Shown piece after piece: positions 46,701-55,970 of a DNA stretch of 64,000 bases. Under the pieces are notes generated by a model. The model was given only the letters and a program-made list of their open reading frames with translations, did not search any database and was not told the origin of the DNA. The first letter of the stretch is position 1. Each line of letters begins with the position of its first letter. Made by a program: the position numbers and the translations under genes. This stretch comes from Gaiellales bacterium (lineage in GTDB: Bacteria > Actinomycetota > Thermoleophilia > Gaiellales > JAICJC01): the NCBI GenBank assembly GCA_038230835.1, contig JBBRMM010000004.1:157972-221971 (forward strand), written 5' to 3'.

Positions 46701-49600
46701 GGTCGCGGCACCCGGCAGATCGGATAGTGCATGCACCACGACGGGCACGTGCCGCCGCGCGGATCGTGGCGGACGTCGCCGGCGCGGATCCGCTCGACGA
46801 TCCCGATCGAGACCTCGACCGCGCGGTCGATCTGCGCCCAGAAGTCGTCGGCCTGGCGCAGGTCGGGCTGCTTGAGGCCGGTCGCATTCACCTCGCCCGC
46901 GAGCACCAGCCCGCGAGCCTCACGTGAGCCCGCCAGCGCGCGGTAGAGGCCGCCGACCGGCTCGACTCCGAGCAGCTCGCGCAGGGCCAGGATGTAGAGC
47001 GGAATCTGCAGCTTGCCGTCGCGCTCGAACTGGGCCGCCGCGTGTGCTGTGGCACCCGACTTGTAGTCCCAGACCAGTCCCCGCGGCGACATGCCCGGAT
47101 CCATGTCCACGCGGTCGATCACGCCTGACACGGCGAAGTCGCCGATCCGCAGCCCCTCCTTCAGCCCCGGGGCTGACGTTGCGCCGCCGAAGCGCACCTC
47201 GAACCGGCGCGGCACCAGGTCGAGGCCGAGCGCCACCTCGCTGCGCAGGAACCCCTCCAGGTCGCGCTCGAGAGCCCGGGTCAGCTCACGGCCGGCGACC
47301 GTCCCCGGCACCCGCTGGCCGCCCAGCGCCTCGTGCAGACACCGGCGCATCAGCGGCAGCGCGCGCGGCAGGGTCTCGTCGCTCACCCGATCGACTCCGA
47401 GCTCGGCCGGCACAAGCGTGAAGAAGCGGGCCAGCGTGGCATGCGCGACCGACCCCTTGAGCCTGGCGTCGAGCTCGAAGTCGATCTCGCGCGGGGAGAG
47501 CAGGCGCTCGACGAACCACATCGACGAGCAGTCTCCGAACCGCTCCAGGTCGGTGACCGAAAACTTCGGTGCCGCCGCGAGCTCGGCCGACGACGCGGCC
47601 GCCGTCAGGCACGTCGAACGCAGCAGCGCGGTCTGGGCCCGCCGCAGCCTGCGCTCCCAGCCCGCGGCGGCGGCGGTGGTGATCGCCCACCCCGGGTCGG
47701 TGCGCAGCTCGCGCGCCAGCGTGCGCCGGCGGGCGCGATCGTCCGGCGCCTGGTCGAGCGGCCAGGTGAGATCGGCGAGCCCGCGTCGGCGCACCGGCGT
47801 GTGCAAATCGACCAGCCGCCGCACCTCGTCGAGGAACGGCGAGGGGGCGATCGGCCGGCCGGCCTCGGTGACGGCGCTGCGGGCGAGGTGCAACCGCTTC
47901 CACGGCCGGGTGACAGCCGAGGTGAACAGATGGCGATCGAGCTCGGCGCGGTCGATCCGGTGCAGCCCGATCGACTCGGCCATCGACGCGTCCAGCAGCC
48001 GGCGGTCGGTCGACCCCGGCAGGCTGCCCTCCTCGAGGCCGAGCACGAACACGGCGTCGAAGCGGCGCGTCCGGGCCCGGCGCAGGTCGAGCACCGCAAC
48101 CCGGCCTGGCTCGGCATCCGCGCCGACCCGGACCGGCAGCCGGGACACCAGTTCGATCAGGTCGGACGGAGCGGTACCTGTGATGCCGAGCGCCCGGAGT
48201 TCGTCGGCCGCTCGAGTCACGCCGCGCAGGGCGCGCACCCCGACTCTCGCGTGCTCGGGGACGAAGCGCGCCGCCACCGAGTTGGCCGCACGCACCATGT
48301 CCCGGGCCAGCGTGACCAGTCCGTCGAGCGGGTCGGGGTTCTCCGCCAGCCGGTCGAGGGCGGGGGCGAATGGGCCGCCTGCGAGTTCGGTGGCCGCCTG
48401 CACAGTCTCGTCGTGGGCGAACACGCCCCGTCCGCGCAGCCGGCCCTCGATGAAGTCCACCCGCCGACGGGCGACTCCCGAGTACGGACTGCGCAGGTAG
48501 GCGAACAGGTCAGCCCGCTCTCCTGCGGTCCAGGCAAACCGCAGGCCGCCGGCGAGGGCGACCCCGAACCCGGTGTGGGAGAGCGGAAGCCGCGCGTCGA
48601 CCGCGATCGGCACCTCGAGCGCGGCGAACGCATTTTCGAGCGCGGCCCGGTGTGCAGCCACCGACGGGACGAGGATCGCGACCTGCTCCGGCGCGTAGCC
48701 ATCCCGTAGCAGCCCCAGCACCTCAGCCGCAACCAGCTCCGCGACGCCGCGCCGGCCGGCGGCCTCCAGCAACACCAGCGAGCCGTCGTCCGGTGGCGGC
48801 GGCGGCGCGGGAGCGTCCGTGAACAGGGTGCGCTCGAGATGCGCCAGCACCGGGGAGCGGAAGTGCTCGCCGGCGGGCAGCTCCTCGAACTCCGCGCCCC
48901 CTTCGGCGAGCGCCTCGACCAACGGTCGGACCGCCGCATAGGCCGGCCGCCCGGTCTCGTACGGCAGCGACACCGTGACCGGCACCCGAGCGGCCAGCGC
49001 GCGCAGTGCACGCACCTGGGCGGCGGTCATGTCCTCGAACCCGTAGGCGAGCACGGGCGTCTCGTCCCACGCGACCAGCCGCGACTCGAGCAGCCGGGCG
49101 CCATCCGCCGCCAGCCCGGCCCGGTCGACACCCAGGCCGATCCGGCTGCACTCGTCACGGTAGGCCCGCACGAGCGCGGCGAACTCCCCGGCCGACCCTT
49201 CCAGGCCGTCGGGGTCGAGCATCGCTCCGGCCAGCTCGTCGGTCAGACCCGACAGCGCATCGGCGAACCCCGCGAACCGCGCGGACACCGCCAGGGTGTC
49301 CAGCGTGCCCGCGGTGACCACGCGGCGCAGAATCAGCCGGCGCTGGATCTCCGACAGTGCGGCGGTCGATTCGCCGCAACGCTCGAGGGCACGCTCGAAC
49401 AGGTCGTCGAACGTGCCCACGCGCCCGCCCAGCACGGCCTCACGGCGGCGTAGGAGATCCCTCTCCACGAGCTCGACGTCAGTGCGGTTGGGGACGATCA
49501 GCCACGGCTCGGCGCCGGCATCCACCTCGGCCAGGAAACGCTCCTCGAGCAGCGCAACCTTGCCGCAGTTGGCTGGTCCGAGGATCAGGCGAAGCGGCAT
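46697..49600 (-). CDS. addB: AddB-type helicase-nuclease subunit B (degenerate Walker A, C-terminal Fe-S nuclease)
   Basis: LILGPANCGKV, a PD-(D/E)XK motif (VWDYKSG), and four Cys (FGDCSSMW plus CPSWCMHYPIC) as in the AddB iron staple. Confidence 0.8.
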   Translation of the reverse strand: MPLRLILGPANCGKVALLEERFLAEVDAGAEPWLIVPNRTDVELVERDLLRRREAVLGGRVGTFDDLFERALERCGESTAALSEIQRRLILRRVVTAGTLDTLAVSARFAGFADALSGLTDELAGAMLDPDGLEGSAGEFAALVRAYRDECSRIGLGVDRAGLAADGARLLESRLVAWDETPVLAYGFEDMTAAQVRALRALAARVPVTVSLPYETGRPAYAAVRPLVEALAEGGAEFEELPAGEHFRSPVLAHLERTLFTDAPAPPPPPDDGSLVLLEAAGRRGVAELVAAEVLGLLRDGYAPEQVAILVPSVAAHRAALENAFAALEVPIAVDARLPLSHTGFGVALAGGLRFAWTAGERADLFAYLRSPYSGVARRRVDFIEGRLRGRGVFAHDETVQAATELAGGPFAPALDRLAENPDPLDGLVTLARDMVRAANSVAARFVPEHARVGVRALRGVTRAADELRALGITGTAPSDLIELVSRLPVRVGADAEPGRVAVLDLRRARTRRFDAVFVLGLEEGSLPGSTDRRLLDASMAESIGLHRIDRAELDRHLFTSAVTRPWKRLHLARSAVTEAGRPIAPSPFLDEVRRLVDLHTPVRRRGLADLTWPLDQAPDDRARRRTLARELRTDPGWAITTAAAAGWERRLRRAQTALLRSTCLTAAASSAELAAAPKFSVTDLERFGDCSSMWFVERLLSPREIDFELDARLKGSVAHATLARFFTLVPAELGVDRVSDETLPRALPLMRRCLHEALGGQRVPGTVAGRELTRALERDLEGFLRSEVALGLDLVPRRFEVRFGGATSAPGLKEGLRIGDFAVSGVIDRVDMDPGMSPRGLVWDYKSGATAHAAAQFERDGKLQIPLYILALRELLGVEPVGGLYRALAGSREARGLVLAGEVNATGLKQPDLRQADDFWAQIDRAVEVSIGIVERIRAGDVRHDPRGGTCPSWCMHYPICRVPRP

Positions 49601-49640
49601 CGAGTGATTCTAGGCGCCTCCACCCCACACACCGACCCCC

Positions 49641-49697
49641 ACCCCACCCCCACCCCACCCCGGGGTCAAACCCCGTACGGACCGGGACACGGTTTCG
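49641..49697 (+). repeat. C-block/palindromic repeat, copy 1
   Basis: accccacccccaccccaccccggggtcaaaccccgtacggaccgggacacggtttcg. Confidence 0.7.
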
Positions 49698-49876
49698 TTG
49701 CAAAGATGCGCAGAACAGCAACCCGCGAGCCCCCGGTGTCCCAGCGCCTTGTAAGGAGCCGCCCCCATCCGAGCACCCCACGCGTTCTGTGGTTACAAGG
49801 CCTGGCGCCGCCCCAGCCGCGCCGAGCCGACCGCCCCGAGCCGCCGAGGGCGCATACCGTCAAGGTCGACCCGGCC

Positions 49877-49948
49877 ACCCCACCCCCACCCCACCCCGGG
49901 GTCAGACCCCGTACGGACCGGGGGACGGATTCGGCACGGAGTCGTGAC
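49877..49948 (+). repeat. C-block/palindromic repeat, copy 2 (longest)
   Basis: accccacccccaccccaccccggggtcagaccccgtacggaccgggggacggattcggcacggagtcgtgac. It is a direct repeat of 49641-49697, placed 236 bp downstream. Confidence 0.7.
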
Positions 49949-49955
49949 ACCGCTC

Positions 49956-50138
49956 TAAGAACTCGTTTCAGAATGAGCTTCGTCGTGAGGCGCAGGGCGC
50001 GGTGGTTGCGGGAAGGATCGAGCGGCGAGCGGAGCGCAGGCGTGGCTGAAGCCACGTTGAGCACCGCACGCCGCGTGGGACGCACCCGCAACCGGCGCGA
50101 ACCAGCCGCAACAGAAGCTCATTCTGAAACGAGTTCTA
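49956..50138. mobile_element. MITE-like non-autonomous element, copy 2
   Basis: Same TIRs as 6370-6554. Internally it differs by one substitution and one 1-nt indel, plus 1 nt at the right terminus. Confidence 0.7.
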
Positions 50139-50167
50139 AACCGCAGGGGTCATCAGGGCTCGGGCGG

Positions 50168-51460
50168 TCAGCTCAGCACTCGCCCGTCCAGCCCCGAGGC
50201 GTCGAGCCCCAGGCCGTCCAGCGCGGTCGCGGCGACATCCTCGACGCGCGCGTCCCCGGATGGGTGTACGCCGCGAACGAGCACGAACGCGTCGTCGGCA
50301 GTGTGCATCCCGGTCAGCCGGCCGTTGCCCTGAAGCTCGGTGGTTCGCACCGAGCCCTTCAGATCCCAGCCGTTGTGCGACTCCAGCACCAGATCCGGGG
50401 CCCGATCGACGCAGGGACCGTGGAACGCCTGCTCGCGGGTCGCGACGTGCTTGACGAACGGCAGCCCGTCCGCCCAGGCGGCCAGTTCGCCGCGCACCGC
50501 GTCGTACTCGGACGGCAGCACCGTGCCGCCGGGCTCACGACCCGCCAGGTTCAGGTACAACCGACCTGGATCCATGCAGTAGGCCCGGGTCCGCTCGGTC
50601 ACGATCGAAGCGATCGACACCGCAGGGTCGGCCAGGCTCAGCCACCCGTCGCGCTCCAGCCAGCGGTTCACGTACACCTCGTGGTCGAGCCGGCAGAAGC
50701 CGTGATCGGAGAGCAGGATCAGCCGGCAGTCATCCGGCAGCCGCCGCACCACCTCGCCGACCGCGGCGTCGACCCGGTCGTAGTACTCGTGGAACCTGCT
50801 CGCCCACGGCTCCTCACCGGATTCCATCTGCGCCCAGAGGAAGTGGTGCAGGCGATCGGTGCCCGTGAAGGCCACGTAGTAGAGGTCGCACGGCTCACGC
50901 TCCAACAACCCGACCAGCACCCTTGCCCGCGCCTCGTGGTGGATCAATAGCTGCCCCCAGAAGGCCTCCAGATCCGTATGCCCCAGCGCCAGGTCGACGT
51001 CGATCATGTAGCCCTGGTCGCGCAGCCACCGCTGAAGCTCGGGCGGCTGCACCGCCTTTTCGAACACCGGCGAGACGAAGCCCGAAACCAGCACGCCTCG
51101 GCGCGGTTGTGGCTGCGCCGGATACGTACCTGGGATGTTCACGACCACCGAGCGCATGCCCGCCCGGCCGGCGAGCTCCCATACCGTGGGCGCGGCGATC
51201 GTCAGAGCATTAGTGAACGTCATGTCCCAACTCGCGGCCCTGCGCTCCACGAACCCGAACACCCCGTGACGGCCCGGGTTCACGCCCGTCGACGCGCCGG
51301 CCCAGGACACCGAGGAGATCGGCGGCAGCGGCGCCCCGGCGCTGGTCAACGTGCCCTGGCGAGACAGGCCGGCCAGGTTCGGCAGGCCGCCGGCGGCGAT
51401 CCGCGCGCGAAGGTAACTCGCCGGTGCACCGTCCAGCCCGATGACCGCAACCCTGGGCAC
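50168..51460 (-). CDS. alkaline-phosphatase-superfamily enzyme (nucleotide pyrophosphatase/phosphodiesterase type)
   Basis: The N-terminus VAVIGLDGAP and SDHGF metal-site motifs are typical of type I phosphodiesterase/NPP-like proteins. Confidence 0.75.
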   Translation of the reverse strand: MPRVAVIGLDGAPASYLRARIAAGGLPNLAGLSRQGTLTSAGAPLPPISSVSWAGASTGVNPGRHGVFGFVERRAASWDMTFTNALTIAAPTVWELAGRAGMRSVVVNIPGTYPAQPQPRRGVLVSGFVSPVFEKAVQPPELQRWLRDQGYMIDVDLALGHTDLEAFWGQLLIHHEARARVLVGLLEREPCDLYYVAFTGTDRLHHFLWAQMESGEEPWASRFHEYYDRVDAAVGEVVRRLPDDCRLILLSDHGFCRLDHEVYVNRWLERDGWLSLADPAVSIASIVTERTRAYCMDPGRLYLNLAGREPGGTVLPSEYDAVRGELAAWADGLPFVKHVATREQAFHGPCVDRAPDLVLESHNGWDLKGSVRTTELQGNGRLTGMHTADDAFVLVRGVHPSGDARVEDVAATALDGLGLDASGLDGRVLS

Positions 51461-51486
51461 CAGCTAGCGGCGGCCCGCGTACAGGC

Positions 51487-51765
<279 letters not shown>

Positions 51766-51817
51766 GGGACGGCCTCCTGAAAACGACTTGGAGGCCGCGA
51801 TTCTAGCCAGCGGTCGC

Positions 51818-52498
51818 TCAGACCGCGTGCACCACCCGGTTCACCAACACGTTCAGCACGTACATCCGGTCGAAGAACATGGCCAGCCCGACAGCCACCA
51901 GGATCACTCCTGAACACACCCGAACCGCGGTGTAGTGGTCGCGGATCGAACGGGCGGCCGCCATCACCTGCCCGAAGGCCACGCCGGCCGCCAGGAAGGG
52001 GACGGCCAGGCCGGCCGAGTACGCAGCCAGCAGCGCCGCTCCCGACCCGGCGGTGCGGCTCGATCCGGCCAGGGCGAGCAGCGCGGCCAGCACGGGCCCG
52101 ACGCACGGCGTCCAGCACAGACCGAACGCACTGCCGAGCAGCAGCGCAGACCCCGACCCGCGCGCCGGCTCGACCGCGGGCTGCAACGACCGCTCGAGAG
52201 CGGGGATCGGCAGCAGTCCCGTCATCGCAAACCCCATCGCCACGATCACGATCCCGCCGACGTGGATCAGGTCGATCCGGTGGTCTGCGAACTGACCACC
52301 GATCAGCGCAGCCCCCACCCCCATCGCAACGAACACCGCACTGAACCCGAGCACGAACGGCACGCCGGCGCTGATCGCCGTTCGCGGCCGGTCTGCGCGG
52401 GCACCGATCGCCGACAGGTAGGCCGGAACCAGCGGCAGCACGCATGGCGTCGCGAAGGACACCATGCCGGCGGCGAATGCGGCCAGCGCAAGGCTCAA
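51818..52498 (-). CDS. ccdA: cytochrome c biogenesis protein CcdA (DsbD-family thiol-disulfide transporter)
   Basis: Two conserved Cys in TM helices (SFATPCVLPLVP, WTPCVGP). TTG 52498 overlaps the upstream TGA. Confidence 0.85.
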   Translation of the reverse strand: MSLALAAFAAGMVSFATPCVLPLVPAYLSAIGARADRPRTAISAGVPFVLGFSAVFVAMGVGAALIGGQFADHRIDLIHVGGIVIVAMGFAMTGLLPIPALERSLQPAVEPARGSGSALLLGSAFGLCWTPCVGPVLAALLALAGSSRTAGSGAALLAAYSAGLAVPFLAAGVAFGQVMAAARSIRDHYTAVRVCSGVILVAVGLAMFFDRMYVLNVLVNRVVHAV

Positions 52499-52950
52499 TC
52501 GAGCCCACGCAGATCGGCGTCGATCCGCGCATCGAGCGCCGGATCAGGCGGCAGGGAGCGCCCGGGCGGCCCGCGCCGAGATCGCGACCAGGCGAGCGTC
52601 AACCCCATTGCCACCGCCGCACCCACGGCCAGCACCGCCGCCGGCACCACCCACGCAAGAAGGTCGAACCCACGCTTCGGCGGGGCGGCGAGGATCTCCT
52701 CGCCAAACTGGGCGACCAGCGTGGAACGCACCCGATCGGCCGTCCACGCGTCACCGCACCACCGGTGCAGGTTCACCCGCACGCGGCCGGCGAAGGCCGA
52801 GTTGGACTGGTCGAGCCGCTCGTGACACACCGTGCACATGAGCTGCGTCTCCATGTCCGGCTCGGTCCAGCCGTTGCAGGCCATCGCCGCCGGGGGCAGA
52901 GCGAGCCACGCCAGCACCACCAGCACGGCGGCCACGGGCCATCGCCTCAC
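52495..52950 (-). CDS. CcmH/NrfF-family cytochrome c maturation protein
   Basis: Signal peptide, then LMCTVCHERLDQSNSAFAGRVR (CxxC) and a C-terminal TM. GTG 52950 overlaps the upstream TGA. Confidence 0.6.
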   Translation of the reverse strand: MRRWPVAAVLVVLAWLALPPAAMACNGWTEPDMETQLMCTVCHERLDQSNSAFAGRVRVNLHRWCGDAWTADRVRSTLVAQFGEEILAAPPKRGFDLLAWVVPAAVLAVGAAVAMGLTLAWSRSRRGPPGRSLPPDPALDARIDADLRGLD

Positions 52951-53498
52951 GACGCTCCTGCCAGCATCGGCCGCAGAACCGACGCTAGGGCGGACGACGT
53001 GACCAGTCCGTCGAACAGGTGCCGCACCACTCCGGACCGGTCGATCACGTAGGTGACCGGCAAGCCGGTCCCGAATCCCCACCGCGCGGCGATCCCGCCG
53101 CTGTCGTGCACCAGCGGGTAGCCGTCGTGATAGGTGCGCGCGAACCCGCGGCCATCGCTCACGAAGTCGTTCGTGTCCACCCCGAGCACCACCACGCCAC
53201 GCGATCGGTACTCGGCCATCGCCTGGTTGAACACGGGCGCCTCAGCCTGGCAGCCGGTGCACCACGAGGCCCACAGGTTGAGCAGCACGACGCGGCCCCG
53301 GTACCGGCTCAGCGTGATCTCACCGCGACCCAGGAGCGCCGGCGCTGTGAAGTTGGGAGCGGTGGGCGCGCGACCGTCCTTGAGCTGCGCGTACACCGTG
53401 GTGGAGTTTTGCAGCAGGCTCTGGGCGAACAGCGCGACCATTGCGGCGAGCACCAGCACGGCCACCGCCTGCAGCGTCAATCTGACCCGTCGAGGCAC
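52947..53498 (-). CDS. TlpA/ResA-type thiol-disulfide oxidoreductase (thioredoxin fold)
   Basis: N-terminal anchor and WASWCTGC active site. Confidence 0.85.
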   Translation of the reverse strand: MPRRVRLTLQAVAVLVLAAMVALFAQSLLQNSTTVYAQLKDGRAPTAPNFTAPALLGRGEITLSRYRGRVVLLNLWASWCTGCQAEAPVFNQAMAEYRSRGVVVLGVDTNDFVSDGRGFARTYHDGYPLVHDSGGIAARWGFGTGLPVTYVIDRSGVVRHLFDGLVTSSALASVLRPMLAGAS

Positions 53499-53533
53499 CG
53501 GATCAGCTTAGATGGTTTATCGACGGCGCCGGA

Positions 53534-53749
53534 TCAGGCCTCGCGCGCGGACGCCGGGAACGACCGGCTGTACGGTCGCCAGGGGACACGCTCCCACTCG
53601 GCTCCATGACACATCGGGCAGGCCGGAAGCGACCGGTAGACGGTCACTCCGTACCCACAGTCACGACACCGGAACTCACCCTTTGCCCGCATCCCGGCTG
53701 CCCAGTCGGTTACGGCCTTGTCGTCCAGTGGTTTGGCGGTCGACCCCAT
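53534..53749 (-). CDS. small zinc-ribbon protein (71 aa)
   Basis: CRDCG...CPMCHG. Confidence 0.5.
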   Translation of the reverse strand: MGSTAKPLDDKAVTDWAAGMRAKGEFRCRDCGYGVTVYRSLPACPMCHGAEWERVPWRPYSRSFPASAREA

Positions 53750-53837
53750 CTGAATGCTCCTCGCTCCCCCACCCCGGCGGCCGTCAGGGTGACGGTCCGC
53801 TCTGGTAGTCGAAGACTAGTCGCCACAACCACCGCTC

Positions 53838-53910
53838 TCAATGAAGAAACAATAAATTCTTTGCGCGAACGCAATACTTGCGTTGTCTCCGATGCTGGAC
53901 AAAATGACCA
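53838..53910. promoter_or_regulatory. AT-rich island containing the palindrome AACGCAA-TAC-TTGCGTT (53868-53884)
   Basis: ctcaatgaagaaacaataaattctttgcgcgaacgcaatacttgcgttgtc stands out against the GC-rich background. It lies upstream of the 53749 zinc-ribbon gene and downstream of the PAP2 gene. Confidence 0.35.
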
Positions 53911-53947
53911 CTCCTGCACCGGTGGCCCCACTCAACGCCGCGGCCGG

Positions 53948-54496
53948 TCATTCGCCCCGGGAATCGAGAGCAGGCCTGCGCTCCCGCAACGCGCGACCAC
54001 AGATCAGCCAGCCGCGGAAGAGCAGCCAGCCGAGCAGGCAGCCGATGCATGCGCCGACGATCACGTCGGACGGATAGTGGACGCCAAGGTAGACGCGCGA
54101 GAGCGCCACCAACGCGGCGTACGTCAGCAGTCCGGTGCGCAGACGTGGAGCCCACATCCCGATCACCATCGCACAGGTGAACGAGGTCAGGGCGTGACCG
54201 CTGGGCATCGACGGGTCGGGGGGCAGCGCCACCAGCGGATGCACGTGGGCATCGGAGAGCGGCGGGCGGGGACGGTCGAACAGCGCCTTGAGCACCGCGT
54301 CCACCCTGCCGGCGACGATGATCGCGACCAGGGTCAGCGCCGGCAGTGCCAGCCGGCGGGTCGCGATCGCAACACCGACTGCGACCAGCAGGAAGACGAT
54401 CTCGTTGGTGGCCGAGAGCAGCTTCATGACCGGCGTCACAACCGGCCAGTCGAGTCCCGAAAGCGCCTCGACGATGCGTCTGTCGAGCGCACCCAT
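53948..54496 (-). CDS. PAP2-family lipid phosphatase
   Basis: KxxxxxxRP (KALFDRPRP), PSGH and SRVYLGVHYPSDV motifs. Confidence 0.85.
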   Translation of the reverse strand: MGALDRRIVEALSGLDWPVVTPVMKLLSATNEIVFLLVAVGVAIATRRLALPALTLVAIIVAGRVDAVLKALFDRPRPPLSDAHVHPLVALPPDPSMPSGHALTSFTCAMVIGMWAPRLRTGLLTYAALVALSRVYLGVHYPSDVIVGACIGCLLGWLLFRGWLICGRALRERRPALDSRGE

Positions 54497-54522
54497 CAGG
54501 CCCGGTACTCTACGCTGCGTCG

Positions 54523-55089
54523 ATGACAGCGCCCAAGGCCACGCTCAAGCCGTACCTGGAGGAGATCCGTCAATGGGTCGTCCAGGGCCGCACCGACGTC
54601 TGGATCGCCCACGCGCTCAACTCGACGCCGGCCAGCATCTCGGCGTTTCGCTCGTCGCACGGGATCCTGCGCCGGGAACTGGCCTCCGAGGGCGGCGGGG
54701 TCGACGTCCCACCGCCGGTCGCGCCACCCGACGCGCCGCCCGAGGAACAGCCGGCCAAGCCGCGGCGGCGGTCACGATCCAAGAAGACGCCCGAGCCACT
54801 GGCGACCTCGGCCGCGACAGTTGCGGCGGCGGCGGTCGAGCAACCGCCGGCCTCCCCGCAGGAGCCGGCGACGTCGTCCAAACGCCGGCGACGCGGCGGC
54901 CGCGGGCGCACCAAGCGCCGCGAGGGTTTCGAGGCCACGCTCGATACCGGCCAGGAGGGGTACGGCTTCTGGCTCGACGGCGCGGTCCGCGACGACCCCG
55001 TGTTCGCCGAGCACTGGGCATCGCGGCGCGGGCTTGTCGTGCGGATCGAGGTCGACCAGATCGTGATCCGCCCCGACGACCGAGCCTGA
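54523..55089 (+). CDS. hypothetical protein (188 aa) with an N-terminal HTH-like region, a low-complexity Pro/Ala/Arg linker and a C-terminal globular domain
   Basis: Intact ORF with a plausible N-terminus (LEEIRQWVVQGRTDVWIAHALNSTPASISAF). Confidence 0.5.
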   Translation: MTAPKATLKPYLEEIRQWVVQGRTDVWIAHALNSTPASISAFRSSHGILRRELASEGGGVDVPPPVAPPDAPPEEQPAKPRRRSRSKKTPEPLATSAATVAAAAVEQPPASPQEPATSSKRRRRGGRGRTKRREGFEATLDTGQEGYGFWLDGAVRDDPVFAEHWASRRGLVVRIEVDQIVIRPDDRA

Positions 55090-55150
55090 CGCTAGCGGCT
55101 GCGGACGGCCGAAACCCCCGGAAACGTGGTATCCGACCATCCCGCCGGGG

Positions 55151-55459
55151 TCAGCGAAAGTCGCTCGCATTGCGTGCGAACCAGTGGAATGCGGCGTCCT
55201 GCACGAGCGACAGATCGTACGCGAACGGCAACTCGGTCGTCCGCTGCGCGACATCCAGGCACCAGCCCGAGGCCTCCGCGTACTCGCCGGCCAACCGGTC
55301 GAGCGTGTAGCTCGTGCCCAGCCGCCGCTGGAGCTCGTTCACGATCTCGGCCACCACCGCATTCAGCACCGCTCGCCGAAGGGTGGACAGCTCGGCCTGC
55401 TCGAGCCGCCGAGCCCCAGCCTGCCACTCGATCAGGGCCACCTCGGTGAGAGCGTTCAC
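55151..55459 (-). CDS. hypothetical protein (102 aa)
   Basis: GTG 55459 overlaps the DUF501 TGA. In frame with track ORF 55151..55570. Confidence 0.45.
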   Translation of the reverse strand: MNALTEVALIEWQAGARRLEQAELSTLRRAVLNAVVAEIVNELQRRLGTSYTLDRLAGEYAEASGWCLDVAQRTTELPFAYDLSLVQDAAFHWFARNASDFR

Positions 55460-55929
55460 GGACAGCAGCACTCCACCGCCGGGAACACCGGCTCGGCGTC
55501 GGCCAGGATCAGCCGGCCGAACTCGTAGTCCCGATGGACGAGGGCGAACGCCGCGTGCGCGTGCAGGCATTTGACAGCTCCTGGCCGGGCGGTCCCTCCG
55601 ATTCCCAGCCCCAGGCTGTGGCCGCCGTCAGCCATCCGCACGCCCGGCCGCCGCAGCCGCCGCTGCATCTCCGCCCCCGTCCGGTACGAGCGTGCGGCAT
55701 CCGCGTCGCTCTCCAACAGGGCCTCGAAGCGAGCCACTCCACCGGTGTCCTCGAGTCGCGAGATCGCCGTCACGGCAGCCGGACAGGTGAGGTAATAGGT
55801 GGTCGGGAACGGCTCGCCGCCATCCAGGTAGGAGTGCTGCTCGACCACTGCCGGCCGACCGTGCGGGCAGCGCGCGGCGACTCCCGCAAAGGCACGCGGC
55901 GGGCGTCCGAGTTGCCGCTGCACGAGCAC
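55456..55929 (-). CDS. DUF501 domain protein
   Basis: QLGRPPRAFAGVAARCPHGRPAVV...FPTTYYLTCP...KCLHAH. The start is uncertain: GTG 55929 is listed, and in-frame alternatives extend up to about 56049. Confidence 0.7.
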   Translation of the reverse strand: MLVQRQLGRPPRAFAGVAARCPHGRPAVVEQHSYLDGGEPFPTTYYLTCPAAVTAISRLEDTGGVARFEALLESDADAARSYRTGAEMQRRLRRPGVRMADGGHSLGLGIGGTARPGAVKCLHAHAAFALVHRDYEFGRLILADAEPVFPAVECCCP

Positions 55930-55970
55930 GAGGTCGTCGATGTGGGGCAGGGTAGCGGCGTCAGCGCGGT

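Noticed and set aside
43452-49600. The two large nuclease-helicase genes as a phage-defence system
   Set aside because: The motifs and order match housekeeping AddAB-type double-strand-break processing (UvrD-like motor, PD-(D/E)XK nucleases, AddB Fe-S cysteines). The pair is coupled to nth in a core-gene context.
49621-49950. Possible CRISPR array suggested by repeated C-rich/palindromic units
   Set aside because: There are only two direct copies, with a 236-bp spacer-like interval, plus one inverted copy 49 kb away. There is no regular repeat-spacer periodicity and no cas genes.
49604-50950. 448-aa plus-strand ORF starting in the addB upstream region
   Set aside because: Its 5' third runs through the C-block repeats and the MITE, and the rest is antisense to the phosphodiesterase-like gene.
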